From Hormiphora californensis (lineage: Eukaryota; Animalia; Ctenophora), in NCBI GenBank assembly GCA_020137815.1, contig CM035354.1, forward strand, positions 682,001 to 746,000: a stretch of DNA of 64,000 bases, read 5' to 3'. The notes under the pieces were generated by a model, which saw only the letters and a program-made list of their open reading frames with translations, had not been told where the DNA came from and made no database searches. This document shows, in pieces, positions 58,635 through 64,000 of the stretch; the stretch's first letter is position 1, and each line of letters opens with the position of its first letter. Position numbers and translations under genes: made by a program.

Positions 58635-60865
58635 ATGGGGGACAGTTGGGATGAAACAAGTCTTGAAGTCAGTGAGGCTGTATCCCGAACTGATGACATG
58701 GATGCGGATCTGTTCGGGAGTCTCTCTCCAAAGAAGGGACCCTCCTTGCTACAAGCCATGAAAAATAAAACAGGAAAAGGAATATTTGACGAACAGGAAG
58801 TGAAACCCAAACCCGCCACAGCAGCTGCAGCAGTTGTCCGAAATACCCCGGCACCAGCAAAACCGGCCGTTAAAACTCCAAAATCTCCGGATGATGATCT
58901 GTTGGCAGATTTGTTGAGTGAAAGTGATTACTCTGAAATTTCGAACAGAAAGCCACCATCCAAAACACCCCCATCCAAAACGCCTGCTGCTGTTTCGACT
59001 CCTCCTGCCAAATTCAACCCAGTCTCTACACCCCCTGTAGGCCGGGCCAGGGATGGTGGAGGTGGGACTACCCCTAATAGAGGTGGGGGTGGTGGGGGAA
59101 CCCCAAACCGACCTGGAGGGAAACCCCAGGATAAAGGATTGTTTGATGATGATGATGATCTGTCGGGTATGTTGGACTCAGAACCCATTGCTCCTCCATC
59201 CAGAACTGGACGAAACAACAAACTTGCACCTGCTGCTGGGAACAGTAAACCTGCCAGCGCACCGAGCAACAACAAACCTGCCAGCGCACCAGGCAACAAC
59301 AAGTTTAGTGACCTACTTAGCAGGACGAGCCTTATGAAGGAGAATCGTAGGCAAGTACATCCGTAAGACCCCATCAACAGCGCCCGTACCCCCAAAGGTT
59401 CAACCAGCTCAGCTCACCCCCGTGGTACGCCCGGGAGGGATGGTGGAGTGGATGATCCCACGATACACCTGGGGGTGTTAGGGAACCCCAAACCGCCTGG
59501 AGGTGACCCCATGATACGTTTTTGTGCAAGAATCTGTCGGGTATCGTGATCTAGAACATTGCTCCTCCCCCCGTCACTGTCGAAACTGAAACCGCCCCCT
59601 GCCGACACCTTCAAAAACCCCAGTCCCTCCCCTTCAAACAGAAACCCCAGTTCCCTCCACCCACAAGCTGGACCCTATTACGACATCCCTTCTAATGAAG
59701 GAAACCATCCATGTGAGGGCAAGTCACGGCCCGAGGATGGACGATGGCATTCAGCAAGCAGACCCGCCAGTACCCCCAAACGTTACAAGCCTCAGGCCCC
59801 CAGTACCCCACAAAACGGTAACAGACCTCGGGTTACGTGGCTTGTGTGGAGGAATTTGGACTGATAGCATCGATTAACACCCAAGTAACTCTTCCCTTGT
59901 TAACAGATTGTTGCCAGTTTTCTAACAGCCTACGTGTTACAGTTGCATTGGAACTACCACAGTTGTTCCATGCTCGACCCTTTTTCCGCGTGCTCCACAA
60001 AACAAGTAGTTTAATGCAATAAATCGGTTGCCCCCCCCCCCATTTCTAAACTGAGACCCCCAGTTTCTTTAGCTCGGGCGGTGGAGGGCGCTCAAGAAGG
60101 GGCCTCAACAGTGGTACACCGGCCAGTAGACCCCGCCCGGAGGACACCTTTAACGCCCTGTTAGGGGATGATGATATGGAGATGGGTGTTCGTACCCCAC
60201 CTGCAACTAACAATAACCCGCCAGAGACATTGATATCTTCAGGTAGATAATAGTTATACCCGATATGTGTATCATTGTATCATGACGTATGGTACAATTT
60301 GTTGAATGAATTATGCTCGCAATGATTGTGCTGATAATGTGGCACACTTCTCCTAACACACTCTTAACATCCTCCTAACACCCCTTCACACCCTCTTAAC
60401 ACCCTCCTAACACCCTCCTCCTCCTGACACAAACACTGTTATAGGGTTGATAACAAGCCCACCACACCCTCCTAACACCCCCTCCTGTTACAGGGTTGAT
60501 AACAAGCCTACCACACCAGCAGCAAGAAGTTTACCTGGCGAGGATAGTTTCAGGTAATTAGCAGCTCTACTAATTAGCAGCTCTACTAATTATCTCCTAC
60601 TACTAAACATGTTAATTACTACTACAGAATACAGTATATTATAGTACTCTGTATTACTAATCATCTACATACTAATATGATAGTTCTTGTGTTTATTGGA
60701 CAAGTTAGACTCGCTGGATATTATTGGATGAAACCAGATATTTCGGTGTTTAACACCATCATCAGTAGTAGCTAAAAATAGAACATATTAGGAATAGGAA
60801 TCAAAATCGAAATTCATATCAAAACAATCACGTACTCTCTATCTCTCTCACTCTCACTCTCTATA

Positions 60866-60909
<44 letters not shown>

Positions 60910-63900
60910 TCTCACTCTCACTCACTCACTCTCTCTACCCAACTCACAAACTCTATCTCTCACTCTCTCCCCCTCTCTCTCACTCATTCTCACATCGGAT
61001 CAGATATACATAAATTCAGATTGTACTATACACAGAGCTATGACGAGTACTCTAGGACTTATCAACTATTACTGACTAGGAAGCCTAGAGCACTCTCACA
61101 CTCTTTCTTGTTGTTCAGAGTAGGTTTCAGTTGTTGTATGAAATCAGCTTCACTAATCTTTCTCTGTATAGTTCTCGAAAGATTCGATTTCAGTATTTCC
61201 AAACTTAAAATAGGGGTACTACCCTCGTGTGTCTCTTTATAGTGTGTCGCAAATGCGTTGTTCTGGTATGATGTTGATGTGGGGTTGATCGCCGCCCGCC
61301 GATGTTCTAGCATCCGGTCATGTATTGGGCGTGCGGTCTCACCCACATAGAACTCTTGGCATAGCTCGCACTTAACTCTATACACAACACCCTTTATTCT
61401 GCAATCATACTTGTCACTGGTGATCAAAGGACAGACAATACATTTTGTGAGAGTACAGACAGGGCGGTCGTGGGGACGTGAGCTACAAAATATGTCACCT
61501 AGTTTAGTACCAGGTGTGAGGACAAGACGTACAGGTAGTTTATGAGTGTGAATAAATGACTTGATATGATCAGTGAAACTATCATTGATGAAGGGGAGTG
61601 TGAGAGAGACAGTGTCAGTGTTGTTGTGTTTAGTGTTACTTACTCTCGTCCGGGACAGTGCTCTGGGGTCTTTGTAACCATTGTTGATGAGTAGGTGGTC
61701 TATAACTCTCCACGATTCCTCTGCTAATTCAGGTGTAGATGACGTCACCCGTGCAGTTTTGTAGAATTGCTTGACAGTCTGCACTTTGGTAGATGTGGAG
61801 TGGTGGCTGCTGTTGTGCAGGGTAATGGGCTTCTTTTGTGGTTTCCTGTAGAAACGGTGTTCTAGCTGCCCCTCTTCGTTTACACGTAGTTCGGCGTCTA
61901 GAAACGCGGTCCACTTTGAAGGTTCCATCGGGTAATCCACTTCCCACTTCAGTAATCCGTCCGGGTCTTGTTCAGAGATCCTCTAATATGTATTATGTAC
62001 TAATATCCAATCTATCCCAATCTCATCTCCCCAGCAGGCCAGGCGTCTCCACAGCCCGCAGCGTTGCAAGTGAGGACATATTCGGGGGAGCATTAGAGAA
62101 ACCCAGAACTCCCCAAAAGAGGCCCTCTGTCCAAGAGGATGATGATATCTTTAGGGTGGATAATAACAAACCATCACCCGCACTGGCTGACATGTTTAGG
62201 TAACTAGGTGTAACTAGGTGTAACTAGGTGTAACTAGGTGTGTTAATTAGCTATTGTTGATATTAAATATTAATATCATGTCCCCCTCCTAGAGCGACTG
62301 CAACCCCTGAGCGTGTTTCTACACCTCCCCAGGCGAGACCCCAAACCCAGGACCGACCACACACCCAGGCTGGTGAGTCAGAGAATTGGCCTGACAGAGT
62401 TAGAGTGTGTGTTCTATTAAACTGCAGTATATCTGTGTGTGCTGTTCACGATGGATTGAAAGCATTCTTGATCAACACAGTTCTTGTAGTATCACACAGT
62501 GCTTGTCTCGTGACATGCTGCACCACAACACGTCAATATGACATGTCACAAACACTCTCTCCTTCTCTTACTATCCTCTCTTTCTTGTCAGGTGGCGGTG
62601 ACCTGCCTTCAAGTCGTCCTCCCTCCGCTGGGAGGAGAGCCAACACCGCTCCAAGGTAAAAACTTTAACATGTGTGTTTACTGTTTAGTAGAGTAAGACA
62701 CTACTTTGTATTTCGACACATCACATATTGTGGTTCACAGCAACTCTCAACTCAGGTCCACTGCGGGAGGTGATGGAGTGCTGACACCACAACGCAGAAA
62801 TTCTGAATCCGACAGTATTTTCGGTGACGACACACCTGTGAACAAGACATCGTTGCCATGGGAACAACCAGCGGTAGCAACGCCCCCCACAACCAACCAA
62901 CAGGTATGGAAGGCGCGGTGTGGGTGGTCTGTGGAAAGTAGCGTTGTCAGCACTGTATCGATCCGTGCGCGCGACAGTGGCTGGATATTCAAACCTGCCG
63001 CAGGTGGTTGAATCCCTTACTCAACATCATAACAAGCCGCAGGTGGTTAAACAGAAAAACTGCAGTGACAGTCACGGCCGCACGGCGCACAGTGACAAAA
63101 ACCAATAATTTGGCCAAAAACACAAAATCATGAACAATTAATTAACAGCCATCATTCTAGATAGTTTCCGGGGGTGAGACGACCAGAAATCCTGTCCTTG
63201 AGTTGAGAGTGGCCGACCTGGAAAAACAGAAGAAACAACTCGAGGAGGATCTGGAAGATTTACGGAAGAAATCTGCAGAGGAGGAAGGGAAGTTGTTGAA
63301 AGATAAGAATGAACTGAGAGAAAAGTTGGAGAGAGTTGAGGGCTCTCTATCTGATCGAGACTCAGAAATCGAAAATCTCCGAAAAAGGTAATGAATTGAG
63401 CCACTGAGTAGATGGGTAGTTCTTGTCTCTGAACATGGGTTGAAAATATGTCGTTTCAGTCTACTCTGTTTATTATGACCTGGCTCTGCTTACAAGTCCC
63501 TAGTAACATATGTAGAGTCAGGCGATAGAGAAGTTAAATGAATTCATTATTCATTCGATGTCACTATCAGCCGTGTTAAGTTTCTTGGGTCAGGCCAATG
63601 CTGAATGCTCTGACTGAAAATATGAGTTATGTGAAATCATGTGGCCACGGGCCAGAATTATATGACATATCATTAGGTTATCTTACTCCCAACGAAAACG
63701 GAAATAATATGGCCACGCAACTGCAATTCCTCGTACTATTTCAGTTTGAAGACGGCTGAGTCTGAGTTACGTGATGTTGAGGACCGTGTAGCGACTAAAC
63801 ACCGTACCGAGTTAGACCAACAGGCCAAGAGACATTCTGAAACGATAGACAGGTTGAACTTGATCATATCGGAGAAGGAAAATATCATACAAACAGAGAT

Positions 63901-63919
63901 ACGGGGTGCCAGTAAACGG
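58635..63919 (+). CDS. FBF1: FBF1-like centriole distal-appendage protein, multi-exon, continues past the window
   Basis: N-terminal EVSE..DDMDADLFG..LLQAMK resembles vertebrate FBF1. Long P/S/T/D-rich disordered exons precede coiled-coil exons (63161-63387, 63744-63919). Gene model is solid, name is tentative. Confidence 0.6.
60690..61950 (-). mobile_element. 5'-truncated Penelope-like element (RT C-terminus + GIY-YIG endonuclease) in an intron
   Basis: ORF 61062-61940: FLD..FYRKP..H.SSHH; GVVYRVKCELCQEFYVGETAR..RMLEH..RKISEADFI..KPTLN. Confidence 0.93.
60733..60769 (-). ncRNA. Minimal type I hammerhead ribozyme of the Penelope element
   Basis: Reverse complement ACUA-CUGAUGA-U-GGUG(UUAAA)CACC-GAAA-UA-UC-UGGU. 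Core boxes, stem II, palindromic AUAU and a 4-bp stem I are all present. Confidence 0.8.
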
Positions 63920-64000
63920 TAAGTATTTGGGTTATAGTGGTGACTGGGGTGACTATTTCTAATTTTACTTACTGGAGGAAGTTTCATTACTACTAAAACA

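Overview
Eukaryotic (animal) genomic DNA with short GT-AG introns, (AG)n microsatellites and many small transposons. The style suggests a compact marine invertebrate, possibly a ctenophore, but that is inference only. Consensus quality is uneven: about 19-28 kb is insertion-riddled, and about 35-37.4 kb and 45.5-48.5 kb have homopolymer noise, so many frameshifts are probably sequencing errors. The main result is that bases 1-26,150 are a head-to-tail tandem array of at least 5-6 copies of a 4-5 kb minus-strand gene. Stitched by hand across copies, it has the PRDM9 layout: KRAB-like helix, SSXRD-like motif, zinc knuckle, PR/SET domain with equivalents of Y276/Y341/Y357, and about 7 zinc fingers whose DNA-contact residues differ between copies. 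The rest of the window holds the 3' half of a CELF/Bruno gene with a large low-complexity exon, a tight co-oriented PPT1-eIF1-LUC7L3 cluster, an orphan CELF RRM1 exon on the opposite strand, an SVOP-like MFS transporter, and an FBF1-like gene. It also holds LINE fragments, a Penelope element with a minimal hammerhead ribozyme, and several TIR elements, three of which carry tRNA-like cassettes. All alignments were done by eye; no searches were run.
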